Shown here one piece after another: positions 51,787 to 64,000 of a stretch of 64,000 bases of DNA. Below the pieces are notes generated by a model. That model saw only the letters and a list, made by a program, of their open reading frames with translations. It ran no database searches and was not told the DNA's origin. Source of the DNA: Lama guanicoe (Eukaryota); the NCBI GenBank assembly GCA_013239625.1, contig MU053559.1, positions 2,029,205-2,093,204 on the forward strand, written 5' to 3'. Within the stretch, counting starts at the first letter, position 1. Every line of letters begins with the position of its first letter. The position numbers and the translations under genes are program-made.

Positions 51787-52512
51787 TTATTTTTATTGCG
51801 TTCTGTTTGACATACAACATGGTGGAAGTTTAAGATGTACAATATATTGATTTGATACCTTTATGACATACTTACGGATACAATGTTTGCCACAGTTAAC
51901 ATCTCTGTCAAGTCACATAACACCTCTAGCATGTCACATAATTATCATTTTCTTCTAGTGTTGAGGACACTTAAAATCTAGTCTCTTGGCAAGTTTAATG
52001 TTTATAATACAGTTTTTGGTATCTGTAATCACTGTACTGTTATCTCCAGGACTTAATTCTACAAGTTGCAAATATGTACCCTTAAACAACGTCTCTCCCA
52101 TTCTCACATCCCCCGGCTCCTGGTAACCACCATTTTACTGTCTGCTTTTACAGCTTCTTTTTTAAAAATTTTTTTAGATAAGAGATATCATACAGTATTT
52201 GCCTTTCTCTGTTTGAGTTATCTCACTTAGCATAATGCCCTCAAGGTCAAATGGCAGAATTTCCTTTCTTCTCACAGCTGAATAGCATTCCATCATATGT
52301 ATGTGTGTGTATGCGTATACACACATATATTTATGCATTTATATATTTACAATATATATATGGTATACATCAATCACATCTTTATCCATTCATCCACTGA
52401 TGGGCAATTAGGTTGTTTCCATATCCTGACTATTATGAATAATTCTGCAATAAACATGGAAGTGCATATGTCTCTTCAGTAACCTGTTTCATTTCCTTTG
52501 GTTACATACCCA
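51787..52512 (-). mobile_element. L1MA-like 3' end
   Basis: Similar to 14722-15357 (gtcacataattatc...aaaatctagtctcttggcaagttt...). Confidence 0.85.
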
Positions 52513-53450
52513 TTCATGATAAAATTCTCTGTGAATTATGAATAGAGATTAATTTCTCTGTTCATAGTTTACAGAACAAATGTACCACTTGGATGGGGGA
52601 ATATTGATAGTGGGGTAGGCTCTACATGTGTGGAGGTGTGAGGTATAAGGGAAATCTCTTTACTTTCAGCTCAATTTTGCTGTGAATCTACAAGTGCTCT
52701 GAAAATTAAAGTTTATTTAATAAAATGTATGAAAAGCATAATTTTAAAAATTAGAAGCTTACCTATAAATCTTATGAATAAGGCTGAGATGGTTGTCATC
52801 ATTTTTTTTTAATTTAAAATTCTACCAGAGGTCCTTGGCAGTGCAAAGAGACAAGAAAAAGAGAAGCTATAGAGGGAGTGGAGTAGAAACATTAATTAAA
52901 TTGCCCTTATTTGCAGGTAATAGACTGTCTACAAAACAAATTCAAGAGAGGATGCAAATGCCTTGAAATAGTAAAAATGTTCAACAAGGTTATTAAATAC
53001 AAGATCAACATATGAAAATCAGTAGCATTCTTGGGCACCTGTTACAGACAATTAGACAATAGAAAGGATGGGGGAAAAAGAATATGGACAATAAAAATAG
53101 AACCGCAATGTACATAGATAGCATTTATCCCTTCAAAATACATTCTAGAACATAGAGGTAAAATGTATACATAGCTAATCAGATATAATAAAGAAGACAA
53201 GTACATGGGATATATGTAAAATCAAAGAGCCACTGACAGCCAAGAAAGTTCTGAAGAACAGTGCAAATGAATTTGTCTCACCAGATATCATCTTGTTGCA
53301 AAGCTAATTACTATTAACGTCACATAATATTGGCAGAGAAACAGACAAGAGCAATGGAATCAAAAGGAGAGTTCAGTTAACAGACCTACAGATGTGAAGT
53401 ATAAAATCTGTAGGCAGCAACTCAGTAGGAAAAGAATTCAGTAAATAGCG
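52513..53450 (+). mobile_element. Old L1 ORF2 remnants with a nested L1MC-type 3' tip (~52570-52725)
   Basis: cccattcatgataaaa; aacaaatgtaccac...ctcaattttgctgtgaatc; ccttatttgcaggtaa. Confidence 0.7.
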
Positions 53451-53499
53451 CTGTCAAGGTTAGCCTCAGTCCTTTTGTCTCTTTCCATCTAGATGTACT

Positions 53500-54216
53500 T
53501 TTCTAAGAAATGTCATCTGCCTTTTGAAATTCAACTAGTGATTCTCAAATCTCTTCCTCCAGCCCAGATCTCATCCTTAAGTTCTAGGCCCATCTATTCG
53601 ACTGTTTATTGGCGATAGCCTCCTGAAAATCAATATTCAAACTAAACTCAGTATCTTACAGATCTGCAGTTACTCACATACTCCCAAACTCAGTTAGTAG
53701 AACCACTCTTTATCAAGCTAGCCAGAACTCCCTGGAAGGCATCTGAGACCAAAATTCCCACAGGCAAACCCAACAGTACAAAATATTAATAGGTGCATGC
53801 AAAATTAAAAGTTGTTTGATAAAAATTTGAACTGTTGGGATAAGAGAAAAATAGATTTTCCCTGTTGAAATAGTTACCAGAGCCCTTAAATATTTTAGTA
53901 TACATCTAAGAGGGTGACTGTGTTTTTCAACCTTCTGTGATCATAGAATGATTAAATAAAATACCTTGCTGGACTAATTTTCTCAGGACTTCAGGATATG
54001 TTTTCCTTTCTTTGAGTTTACTGCCTAAATATCATAGGACTTCTCCCTTTAATGGCCACAGGCCTCTGAACAGTCAGTCTCACTCCCTTTATCCTAACCC
54101 TTTCTCCATACAGGTGCCAGCGACTCAAGTCACAAAAACGACTGTGTTGGTCTCCTGCTTAAAACACTTCAATGGACCACCATTTCAGTATAAAGCTCAA
54201 AGTTTCTTAGTCTGGC
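53500..54216 (+). mobile_element. Degenerate L2 pieces
   Basis: tgattctcaaatctcttcctccagcccagatctc...caaactaaactc; ctcctgcttaaaacacttcaatgg. Confidence 0.55.
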
Positions 54217-54226
54217 CAGACCACTT

Positions 54227-55004
54227 TTTAATTTTATTTATTTTTTGTTTTTATTCTACTTGAAGTATAGTCAGTTTACAATGTTGTGTCAGTTTCTGGT
54301 CTACAGCATAATGTTCCAGTCATACGTATACAGACGCATATGTATATTCCTTTTCATATTCTTTTTCATTATAGGTTACTACAAGATACTGAATATAGTT
54401 CCCTGTGCTCTACAGTAGGACCTTGTTGTTTATCCATTTCATATACAGTAGTTAGTATCTGCAAATCTCAAACCCCCATTTTATCCCTTCCCACTCCCTT
54501 TCCCTCCTGATAACCATAAGTTTGTTTCGTATGTCTGTGAGTCTGTTTCTGTTTTGTAGATAAGTTCATTTGTGTCTTTTTTTGTTTTTGTTTTTTTAAG
54601 ATTCCACATATAATTGATATCATATTGTATTTTTCTTTCTCTTTCTGGCTTAGTTCACTTAGAATGACAATCTCCAGGTCCATCCATGTTGCTGCAAATG
54701 GTATTATTTAATTCTTTTTTGTGGCTGAGTAATATTCCATTGCATATATATCTACCACATCTTCTTTATGCAGTCATTTGTCAATGGACATTTAGATTGT
54801 TTCCATGTCTTGGCTATTGTAAATAGTGTTGCTATGAAAATTGGGGTGCATGTATCTTTTTGAATTAAGGTTCCCTCTGGATATATGCCCGGGAGTGGGG
54901 TTGCTGGATCCTATGGTAAGTCTATTTTTAGTTTCTTGAGGCATCTCCGTACTGTTTTCCATAATGGCTGCACCAAACTGCATTCCCACCAACAGTGTAG
55001 GAAG
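54227..55004 (-). mobile_element. Young 5'-truncated L1 3' end
   Basis: ORF 54468..54683(-) MDLEIVILSELSQKEKEKY. TSD cagaccactt at 54217-54226 and 55005-55014. Confidence 0.95.
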
Positions 55005-56329
55005 CAGACCACTTAAGTATCAGCCCTAGTGCTCCTGCTCCTTCTTGATTCTTCCCACCCTAGTGAGAGTGAAGCAGTCAGCTCACCAAGTACGACCCAG
55101 CATTCATTTTCTCTGCACTATTCTCTGCTTGCAATTCCACACATTGTAGAAACCACTTTATGTAACTCTGGGCTCCCAGGGGCTGATTCTACACTTACAA
55201 AGCAACTGAGGACACAGCCAGATCTTTCTTTGGGAACTCGTGTGTAGATGATCTATCTCTTACTCCCTATCATGAAGTCAATCTATGTCTTCACATCCAA
55301 CTTTCCTGGACTTCCAATAGACTAGATCATCTCATCTCTGCCCTGCCTAGAACAGCCCATCCCTCTCCTCCCCTGCACCCTGATCTTAACCAAATATCGT
55401 CAATGAATAATCCCTGCCCACCACTTTCATAAATCTTACAGATCTTTATCAATTACCTCCTCTGAGTTCTGCAGCCTTTATTGTCTGATTAGTTATTTTG
55501 TCCAACAACTTTAAAGATATTTTCTGAGCACTCTAGAGACCTGTCTGGTAGAGATTTAATTGACTTCACTTTCCCACTGTGGGAGAAGCCACATTTAGCC
55601 TCCATTTGCACATTCATTTGAATATTCCTGATCTATATATATGTCTGTTCTTTGTATTCCCTTTGAATTGGTTATAACATCTGCCTCGTTCTCTCATTAT
55701 GAGTTAAATAAAATCTTCAACGTATGTTCATTTTTATATCTCTATGAGAGTCAAAAAACTTTTATCATTTAAAAAAAAATTATCTCCAACAGGTCAGATA
55801 CCATTCTGGCTAGAAATAGACACTGAGTACGAAAATAAAATAAGGCAAAGTTTCTTTGTTGTTAATTTTCTTTGAACCCCAGAGAAGAGCAAATTCTTTA
55901 AGGCCAGAAACACCTTGTATCTCTTTCAGTGAGGACTTGCTGGTTAACTACTTTTTGGTTTAATTTCCTTCTATAGATTTTTTTTTTCATATTCTGCTCT
56001 AAACCAAATGGTTGTTGTTTCACATTGAGAAGGTAAAGAGATTTCATTTTAGAAAATAGTGAGCAAAGCTTTGGGGAACTCAGAAAACCTGTTCCTCCGA
56101 TCAAGGGCTTAACATTACTGGAACTATGAACATTTTTGGCCTTGGAGGAAATGAATATTACATTCTTGCCAGTTCGAATGTACAAAATTAAACCTTGAGG
56201 TTTTATCTATTTTTTAGGTTTTCCAGAAAGAACAAAAGGTTGACTAAATCTTTCTTTCACCTTTGCCAACAAAAATTCTTTATGCTTATGTAGTGTATAG
56301 CCTTTCATTTGAGGTGCTTTGAATGCCTG

Positions 56330-56480
56330 GAAAATGTTTAACCTCATAACTGCCTGGGGATCTGTTTAGGAATCATTTACCCCCATTTTAAAGACAAGGA
56401 AACTGAGTTGTCTGGTGACAAGATTTTCCCACGGCAGCATAGAAAAGGCAGACAGACCAGTCCTCTAAACTCAGGCCAGC
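56330..56480 (-). mobile_element. MIR fragment
   Basis: tttaacctcataactgcc...ccccattttaaagacaaggaaactgag. Confidence 0.7.
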
Positions 56481-56759
56481 AAGTACTCTAACCTTTGACA
56501 TTCTTTACAATCACTGGAAAAAGCTAAGTTGTGGCCCGTGGACATGGCAATTTTCATAAAACCCCTAATTTTCATAAAATCCTTGGGAATTCATACAAAT
56601 TTTTATATTAACTAGGATTCTGATTAATAGCAATTTTGTATAACTGCCATTTACTCTGCAAATATCACAGCCAACCCCCCCCATAGCTCCACTAATAATG
56701 TTCTGGCTAAAAATGAGGGTTTAGGTTGAGTCTGTTTTCACTGTGTTTAATATGAATTG

Positions 56760-57270
56760 CTATGTCCACACAAAGCCTTGCATGCTGATGTTCAAATCAG
56801 CATTAGTCATGTTAGCAAAGGTAAGAAAACAACCCAAATGTCTACAAACTGGTGAATGGATAAAGAAAATGGTGGTGTAACCATACAATGGATACTGTTT
56901 GTCAATAAAAAGGAATGAGATACTGATGCATGCTATAACACAGGTGAACCTTGAAAAGATGCTAAATGAAGGAAATGAGACACGAAGTCCTGCATATTAC
57001 ATGATTCCATTTATATGAAATGTCCAGAAAAGGCAAATCTATAAGGACAGAAAGTAGATTGGTGGTTGCCGAGGGCTGGGTGTAGGAATGGGGACTGATG
57101 GCGAATGGGTACTGGTTTCTTTTTATGGTGATGGAAATGTTCCAAGATTGGACTGTGGTGGTGGTTACCCAATTCTACAGCTTGACTAACAATCACTGAA
57201 TTGTACATTTAACAGGGGGTGAATTTTATGCTATGTCAAGGCTACCTCGATGAAGTCGTTAGTAAATAAA
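56760..57270 (+). mobile_element. L1MB/L1ME-like 3' end
   Basis: aaacaacccaaatgtcta...atgattccatttatatgaaatgtccagaaaaggcaaatctata. Confidence 0.88.
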
Positions 57271-58264
57271 TTGCTTCCTAATGACTCCCACACATATACC
57301 TCTACCCTGGACTGCTCCACGAGGACACCAAGGAAACAAATTGCCTTTGCCAAGACAACAGGGATCATTTTATAGCATTTTAAGCTTGACTTTCAGGACA
57401 ATAATATAGGTGTCATGGAGTTCAAAGCTTCAATATCGTGATCTGAGGGGAATTCCACCCCAGGTGTGCAGCTTAACAGGGTGTTAATTGGGAAGCCCGT
57501 GAACACCGCTTCCACAGGCAGCCCAGAAAACTGTGCCAGGATTTGCTAGTGAATAGAAGGATTCAAGAGCCAAACCCATGATCAAAAATAAAGCAAATTT
57601 AACTTGTTTTTGTACTGCAGCCATTACCACACAAAATGACTTGAAGCACATTTTAATTGGAGCTGAAGGCTTTTTGACTTGACCACTAATCAGAACCACT
57701 TCAGGTTTTGGAAATATTTCTCCACTGTGGAAGGAAAATAAAAGAGCCAAATTAAGGGCTGAGCTTTTCTACTAGAAATAACTTCCCTGCACTGAGCAGG
57801 TTGGTTTATTTAGCCTGGGTAAGAAAAAGTCTTGCTGATTCCCCGGGAATCAGACATCCAAGGTTTTAACACATAATAGAATCATGGCTAGCTGTTAATG
57901 TACTTTTCCTGTCTGATAATGCACGCTCTTCCAAACCCTGAGCCTCCAGCTACTAGGGAAGGGGATGGTGAAATGCTCTTTTCTGGGACGGTAGCTAACA
58001 CTCCCTGGAACTGAAAGAACTCATGACAAGAAATTTGCATTCTAATTGGAAGCCACAGGGTTCTAAACCCTGCATCTTTAGCTCGCCCTGGCTATGCATC
58101 CCCTGCTCTCCCCTAAGACTCCAAGAAGCAAGGAATCAGTTACTCCTTAGAGACAAAAGCTACTGGCTCAACAATAGGATTTTTGAAAAGCCTCAATGTC
58201 CTTCCCTAGGTAGACGAGTCTTCTGCTTTTATGGAAAAGTGGTTTGAAATAAAAAGCTTCTGAT

Positions 58265-58348
58265 GGGGGAGTATAGCTCAGGGGTAGAGCTTGTGCTTAG
58301 CATGCGTGAGGTCCTATGTTCAATCCCCGGTACTTACACCACCAACAA
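58265..58348 (+). mobile_element. tRNA-derived SINE (Vic-1-like, short form)
   Basis: gggggagtatagctcaggggtagagcttgtgcttagcatgcgtgaggtcctatgttcaatcccc. TSD aaaaagcttc at 58251-58260 and 58349-58358. Confidence 0.92.
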
Positions 58349-59193
58349 AAAAAGCTTCCAGTGATATTATTAACTATAGTAGCTTTCCAAGAGCCCTGGT
58401 GCCATCCAAAGAGCAATGATAGCAATCTTGCTCTTTTAAAACCCTCTTAATACTTAAGTGTATCACATGCCTAAGAAAAAGTACAAATTCTCTTTCTTAT
58501 GTTTGTAGAAAAATGAAATCTAAAACAAAGCATAAAACTAAGAAGGCATGGCTCCTTCAGAAGGCACCAAACTTGCCTTATGGGAAAGTCAGTGTTTTCC
58601 CACAAACATTTCCAGCCACTGCATCCCAATCTAACATTGCATAAAAGCAAAAAGCCTCAAATCTCTACAGCGAACCAAGCTCTCTGAAAGCACAGAAAAA
58701 TTGCCCTGCCCTTGGCTTAATGCCAAGTACAGTCTGACATATTAAAACATGCTAAAACAGTCTCTTAGCATTTGCCATGAGTGATTTGAACCACGGAATT
58801 TAATGAAACCCACAAAACAAAACCTCACTGCAGGTATAAGAAACCCTATGAAATACTCCTGTTTTTTGATATCCAGATTGGAGTAAACTGATTTCCAGTT
58901 TGTTCTGCTTTATCACGATACTACTTTACATTGAAGATATAGAATTTAGACCTAGCCCACTGCAGAAGCAGCATAAATCCAGAGTAACTTTTTCTGGTGT
59001 GTTTCGCAGGACAAAGTTAAACATGTGACCTGAATACAGGCCTTCTTACAACTTTTAATGTGATCATGTTCATTGTGAATCTCTAAAGTGACTATATTAT
59101 GCAGCATGTCCCAAATTTCTTTAACTGTGCATGTGTGTCCTCTTTCCTGTAGAAGATCTACCACAACATTCTCAGGACCACACTTCAAGAAAT

Positions 59194-60967
59194 AAAAGAA
59201 ATGGAAAGATATCCCATGTTCTTGGATTGGAGGAATTAATATTGTTAAAATGGCCATACTACCCAAAGCAATCTACAGATTTAATGCGATCCCTACCAAA
59301 TTACCCAGGACACTTTTCACAGACATAGAACAAATAATCCTAAAATTTATATGGAATCACAAAAGACCCACAATTGCCAAAGCATTACTGAAGAAAAAGA
59401 ATGAAGCTGAAGGAATAACCCTCCCAGACTTCAGACAATACTACAGAGCTACAGTAATCAAAACAGCATGGTATTGGTACTAAAACAGACATATGGACCA
59501 ACGGAACAGAATAGAGAGCCCAGAAATAAATCCACAAACTTTTAGTCAATTAATCTTTGACAAAGGAGGCAAGAACATACAATGGAGTAAAGGCAATCTC
59601 TTCAGCAAATAGCGTTGGGAAAACTGGATGGCCGCATGTAAATCAATGAAGTTAGAACACTCCCTTACACCATACACAAAAATCAACTCAAAATGGCTTA
59701 AAGACTTAAACATAAGACAAGACACTATAAACCTCTTAGAAGAAAACGTAGGCAAAACATTCTCTGACATAAATCTCAGCAGTGTTCTCCTAGGGGAATC
59801 TACCCAAGCAATAGAAATAAAAACAAAAATAAACAAATGGGGCCTACTTAAACTTTTGCACAGCAAAGGAAACCATGAACAAAACAAAAAGGCAACCTAC
59901 AGAATGGGAGAAAATATATGCAAAGGATGAGACTGGCAAAGGCTTAATTTCCAAAATATGTAAACAGCTCATTACAACTTAATAAGAAAAAGACAAACAA
60001 CCCAATCTAAAACTAGGCAGAGACCTAAATAAGCAATTCTCCAATGAAGACATATGAATGGCCAATAGGGACATGAAAATATGCTCAATAGCGCTAAGTG
60101 TCAGAGAAATGTCAAAACGACAATGAGGTATCACTTCACACCAGTCAAAATGGCCATTATTCAAAAGTCCACAAACAATAAATGCTGGAGAGGGTGTGGA
60201 GAAAAGGGAACCCTTCTACACTGTTGGTGGGAATGTAGTTTGATGCAGCCATTATGGAAAACAGTATGGAGATTCTTTAAAAAACTAAAAATAGACTTAC
60301 TGTATGATCCAGCAATCCCATTCCTGGGCATATATCCAGAGGGAACCTTAATTCAAAAAGATACATGCACCCCAATGTTCATAGCAGCACTGTTTACAAT
60401 AACCAAGACATGGAAACAACCTAAATGTCCATTTACAAATGACTGGATAAAGAAGTTGTAGTATATTTATACAATGGAATACCACTCTGCCATAAAAAAG
60501 AATAAAATAATACCATTTGCAGCAACATGGATGGACCTGAAGAATGTCATTCTAAGTGAAGTAAGCCAGAAAGAAAGAAAAATATCATATGATATCACTT
60601 GTATGTGGAATCTAAAAAAAGAAAAAAGAGGACACTAACAAACTTACCTACAATACAGAAACAGACTCACAGACATAGTAAAAAATCTTATGGTTCCCAG
60701 GGAAAGGGAATGGGAGGGGATAAATTGGGAGTTCGAAATTTGCAGGTACTAATTACTATATATAAAACAGATAAACAACAAGTTTATATTGTATAGCACA
60801 GGGAACCGTATTCAATATCGTGTAGCAACTTATGGCGCAAAAGAATATGAAAAGGAATATATGTATGTTCATGTATGACTGAAGTATTATGCTGTACACC
60901 AGAAATTGACACAACATTGTAAACTGACTGTACTTCAATTAAAAAAAATATATATATAAATTTAAAA
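59194..60967 (+). mobile_element. Young 5'-truncated lineage-specific L1 (ORF2 3' third plus 3'UTR)
   Basis: ORFs 59250..59483 ([15 protein letters not shown]), 59628..59930 and 60081..60461 ([19 protein letters not shown]) are ORF2 with a few stops and frameshifts. Probable TSD aagaaata at 59186-59193 and 60968-60975. Confidence 0.96.
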
Positions 60968-60975
60968 AAGAAATA

Positions 60976-61180
60976 TAGTGGAAAGATCACAAGGGACTTG
61001 GGTTCCAAGTCAACCAATAGCCACCTGAGATAGCAAAGATAAGCCACTCAACTTTTTCAGTGCCTCTATTTCTTCCTTTTCAAAGTGGTCTACTTCCTAT
61101 AAACTTCCAGGGATTTTAAAAGAAGTAAATGTCAGATATATTGAAAAATTAAAAATACAACCCTAGTGTGAGGCATCATT
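60976..61180 (+). mobile_element. Degenerate MIR
   Basis: tagtggaaaga...gacttgggttccaagtc...aagccactcaactt...tgcctctatttc. Confidence 0.6.
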
Positions 61181-61965
61181 TCAATATCTGTTGCCCCATA
61201 TTGCTAACATCCACCCTCATTATTCCTTGTTAAAAGTTTTAAGAATCCAAAGCAATATCAAAGAAATCCATTTAAATTCAAACTCTAGTGTGATTTAAAT
61301 ACTAGATAAGTGTATTTATAGCAGTTAAAAAATCACAATTCAAAAAGAAAGTCAAGAGAGTCAGAAGTTCATCATTTGATTCAGTGTGTAAACTCACATA
61401 TTTTGACTTTACTTCTTTTGTCACATTAGGCAAATACATGTTTCAGAACCATTGAGACATAGATTATGGCCTAGATTGAGATCTCTTTGCCTATTGGTAT
61501 AAATTCTTTGTTTCAAGGTCCCTAAAACAAAAAGTCAGATCCATTACCATCTACTGTGTTGATATAATGGTTGTACTTGCCCACTGGATAAGAAAAGTGA
61601 AAACCTGTGCCTTTTTTCTCTCTTTACGAAAGCATTACGAGTCTGATCCATAGTTATCCTTTACTTGCTTTTTATTTCAGCTAACTAAACTGCCTCAACT
61701 GAAGACGGTTCCAGGTCTTGACATGGGAGGGAGCCTGGCAGGGAAGGGGTGGGATAGAGAGCGGTTGAGGGGCCCAAACTCTAGTGTGGTTTTTGAGACT
61801 GTAACTCTGATCCTCCCTTTCAAATGGCATACAGATCCGTTGCTATGGTTCTCCTTTTCCTTTCTCCAGTGCTCCTCTTTGCTCATTTCCTTATTCCTCT
61901 CCTTTGATTTTCCTTGATCTTTCCCCTGCCTTCTCTTAATCTTGCTCCAAATACAAGTCCGTCAT

Positions 61966-62021
61966 TCCTTCCTTCCTCCCTTCCTTCCTTCCTTCCTTCC
62001 TTCCTTCCTTCCTTCTTTCCT
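61966..62021. repeat. (TTCC)n microsatellite
   Basis: Direct reading. Confidence 0.97.
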
Positions 62022-62174
62022 CAAAATTCCATGTAGTGCAGCAGAGGCTTAAAAAAGACACTAGGCCTTCTATTTCCATTAAACCCTACATCTTTGGCTA
62101 CACATATTCTTACAAATCCGTGACTCCTCCACCCGAATCCTGCCCAGTTGAGTTCTTCATGCCAGAGTAGAGAA

Positions 62175-62352
62175 CCTTACACTTATTCTTGTCACATTTC
62201 ATCCCCTGTGACTCGGCTCACTCACCCCAACTTTTCAAGATCTTTTGCAGTTCTTTTTCTGTTACCTAGGATTATCACTTGCCCAGATAGTCATCTAGAA
62301 ATCTGGTAAATGTGGATTAAAAATGTTGGCTAAGACAGGAAAAGGGCAGAGT
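62175..62352 (-). mobile_element. CR1/L3 LINE fragment
   Basis: catttcatcccctgtgactcggctca...tcaagatctttt...gtcatctagaaatctg...aaaatgttggctaagacagg resembles a reverse-strand CR1 RT region. Confidence 0.55.
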
Positions 62353-62576
62353 TTGCATGGAGGTGAGGGTTAGGGCAGTCTATGGGGTGGTCTAGTCTGA
62401 GAACTGTAAATTATTGTAATCAAAGATATTACTATGAGGGCAAAGAAGATGTGGAAAAGGAGGCATAGTTTTCCACAGAGGACAACCCACAGGATTGGGT
62501 CTATAGGATTCCTCTCCCTCTGACCCCTATAACTTGGAAGTTACTTTATAATCTCAGAATAATTGGATGTGGAAAT

Positions 62577-63291
62577 GTTGTTGAAAGCTGAGAGAATGGT
62601 CATAAGTCTCCATATATTAACGTTTGTGAGTCCTCATCTATTAGTGAAGGTAGTTTATTTTCTATCAACAAGTGGTTTGATTTCCAAGGCTATTGCTCCA
62701 GAATCATACCCCTGCCCTTACCTTGAATGGAATTACTCTTATTTAAGTTTCAGGAGGAAGCTGCAAAGAGAAAAAAACAAGAACTGGTTAGAACCAACTA
62801 GGCCCAAGATGGCGGAGGATCTGACTTCCACTAGACCTTGAGGCTTATTATACATGTACTGCAATACATTAGCATGCTAAGTGACACACCCACCAGCACC
62901 TTGACAGTTGAGGATTGCCATGATAACAACCAGAAAAGCTCATACAAGGACTGAAAAGGAGTGTTGTATCAGTTCCAGGTCTAAACCACACTCCTGTTCT
63001 TGGATAAGTCATGACTGTCCCTCCCATTCTTCCCAATTCCTTCCCTTTTACCTCAACCCTCCTAAATATTTGGTGTCTCCACCTGAATTGGGTTGAGAAG
63101 TTGATTTGTTAGCTGGGTTTCAACGTCTCCATTCTTTGGCCATTGAATAAAGCTTGTGCTGTCCAGTCTCAACATCAGTTTCATTATTGGCTGTGTGAAT
63201 CTGATTTGAAAAGGAACCCCCTTGGCTGAGTTAGGGGATCTTGGCCTGGGCCAGGACTCTGGTGTGGGTCCAGCTGACCAATTTAGTAACA
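62577..63291 (+). mobile_element. Solo LTR (ERV1-like); 5' boundary uncertain
   Basis: Contains ggcccaagatggcgg (YY1-like) and a polyA signal attgaataaagc (~63145), then a U5-like segment ending ...agtaaca. No PBS follows. Confidence 0.72.
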
Positions 63292-63688
63292 ATTTGAGCA
63301 GAATTTCATCCATGGCCCAGAATTTCAGTCATCCATTTCTTAACTGATTTCTGAACAATTTAGTGCTCTTTTGTTAGGGAGAATGTCTGACTCCAAATAA
63401 CCCAAGCAACAGGTAAATAAATACCTATTTGCCTAGTAGAGAGAGAAACATTAAGTAGTAATGAAAAGGCTAAATGAAGAGCAGAGGTCTTGGTAAAGTT
63501 AGAAAGACCTAGTTTTTGAAAGATTCTAAGATGGAAAAACACTCTTTTGTTAACAAAATTTCTGCCCTGACTTCAAATAGAAATTCTGTAGTTACTCTGA
63601 GCAGGAAAGTAGATACGTGCAGGTTCAACACAAAAAACGTCCGTTGTCTACATCCTCCTTTGTGACCAATGTGAAAACAATGTTATTA

Positions 63689-63880
63689 TTTATTTTTACA
63701 TTTTTTTCTGATTACATTCCATTGTACGTTATTACAAGATATTGGGTAAAACCCCCTGTGCTATACAGTGAGTCCTTGTTGCTTATCTCCTTTATGTACT
63801 GTAGTTTGTATCTGTCAATCCCGCATTCTTAGTTTGTCCCTCCCCACCTCCCTTTCCCCTTTACTAACAATAAGTTTGTT
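63689..63880 (-). mobile_element. L1 3'UTR fragment
   Basis: gttattacaagatattgg...ccctgtgctatacagt...ataagtttgtt. Diverged TSD gaaaacaatgttatta / gaacacagtgtgatta (13/16) at 63673-63688 and 63881-63896. Confidence 0.85.
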
Positions 63881-64000
63881 GAACACAGTGTGATTAAACT
63901 TTTCATTTTCTGATTCCTAAAACCATGAGAACCAGAAGCATGAGAAATGAGAATAAATTCAATAGAAATTGCCCAATTATTTTAATTACACTTAATGTCT

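Noticed and set aside
58952..59266. 104-aa minus-strand ORF
   Set aside because: It begins in antisense L1 and reads into unique DNA with no recognisable homology.
59250..60461. Well-conserved ORF2-like ORFs as a functional CDS
   Set aside because: 5'-truncated L1 broken by stops and frameshifts; not a gene.
1..64000. CRISPR arrays, operons or other prokaryotic/viral systems
   Set aside because: No regularly spaced repeat-spacer array and no gene-dense region. The sequence is typical mammalian repeat-rich DNA.

Overview
AT-rich mammalian non-coding DNA, dominated by transposable-element remains. My hand estimate is that roughly half the window is LINE-1. The rest includes L2, MIR, a CR1/L3 fragment, MaLR/ERVL/ERV1 LTR elements, hAT DNA transposons, five tRNA-derived SINEs and microsatellites. 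The SINEs resemble the camelid Vic-1 type, which suggests a camel or alpaca genome (inference from memory, not a search). I found no protein-coding exon, intact ORF or bona fide RNA gene. The longer ORFs in the track are decayed L1 ORF1/ORF2 or ERVL pol/protease fragments, or chance ORFs. There is a 233-nt assembly gap at 49849-50081. I cannot support a new biological system here. The most unusual structures are: (i) a TSD-flanked, A-tailed ~185-bp insert made only of the L1 5' end (43536-43720); (ii) a SINE + L1-tail chimera inside one TSD pair (35596-35827); (iii) a ~380-bp inversion inferred from an inverted TSD (38228-38610); and (iv) a 198-bp-period tandem duplication of a protease-like segment in a MER21-type ERVL (32454-32850). 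Subfamily names are recalled from consensus sequences and most element boundaries are approximate.
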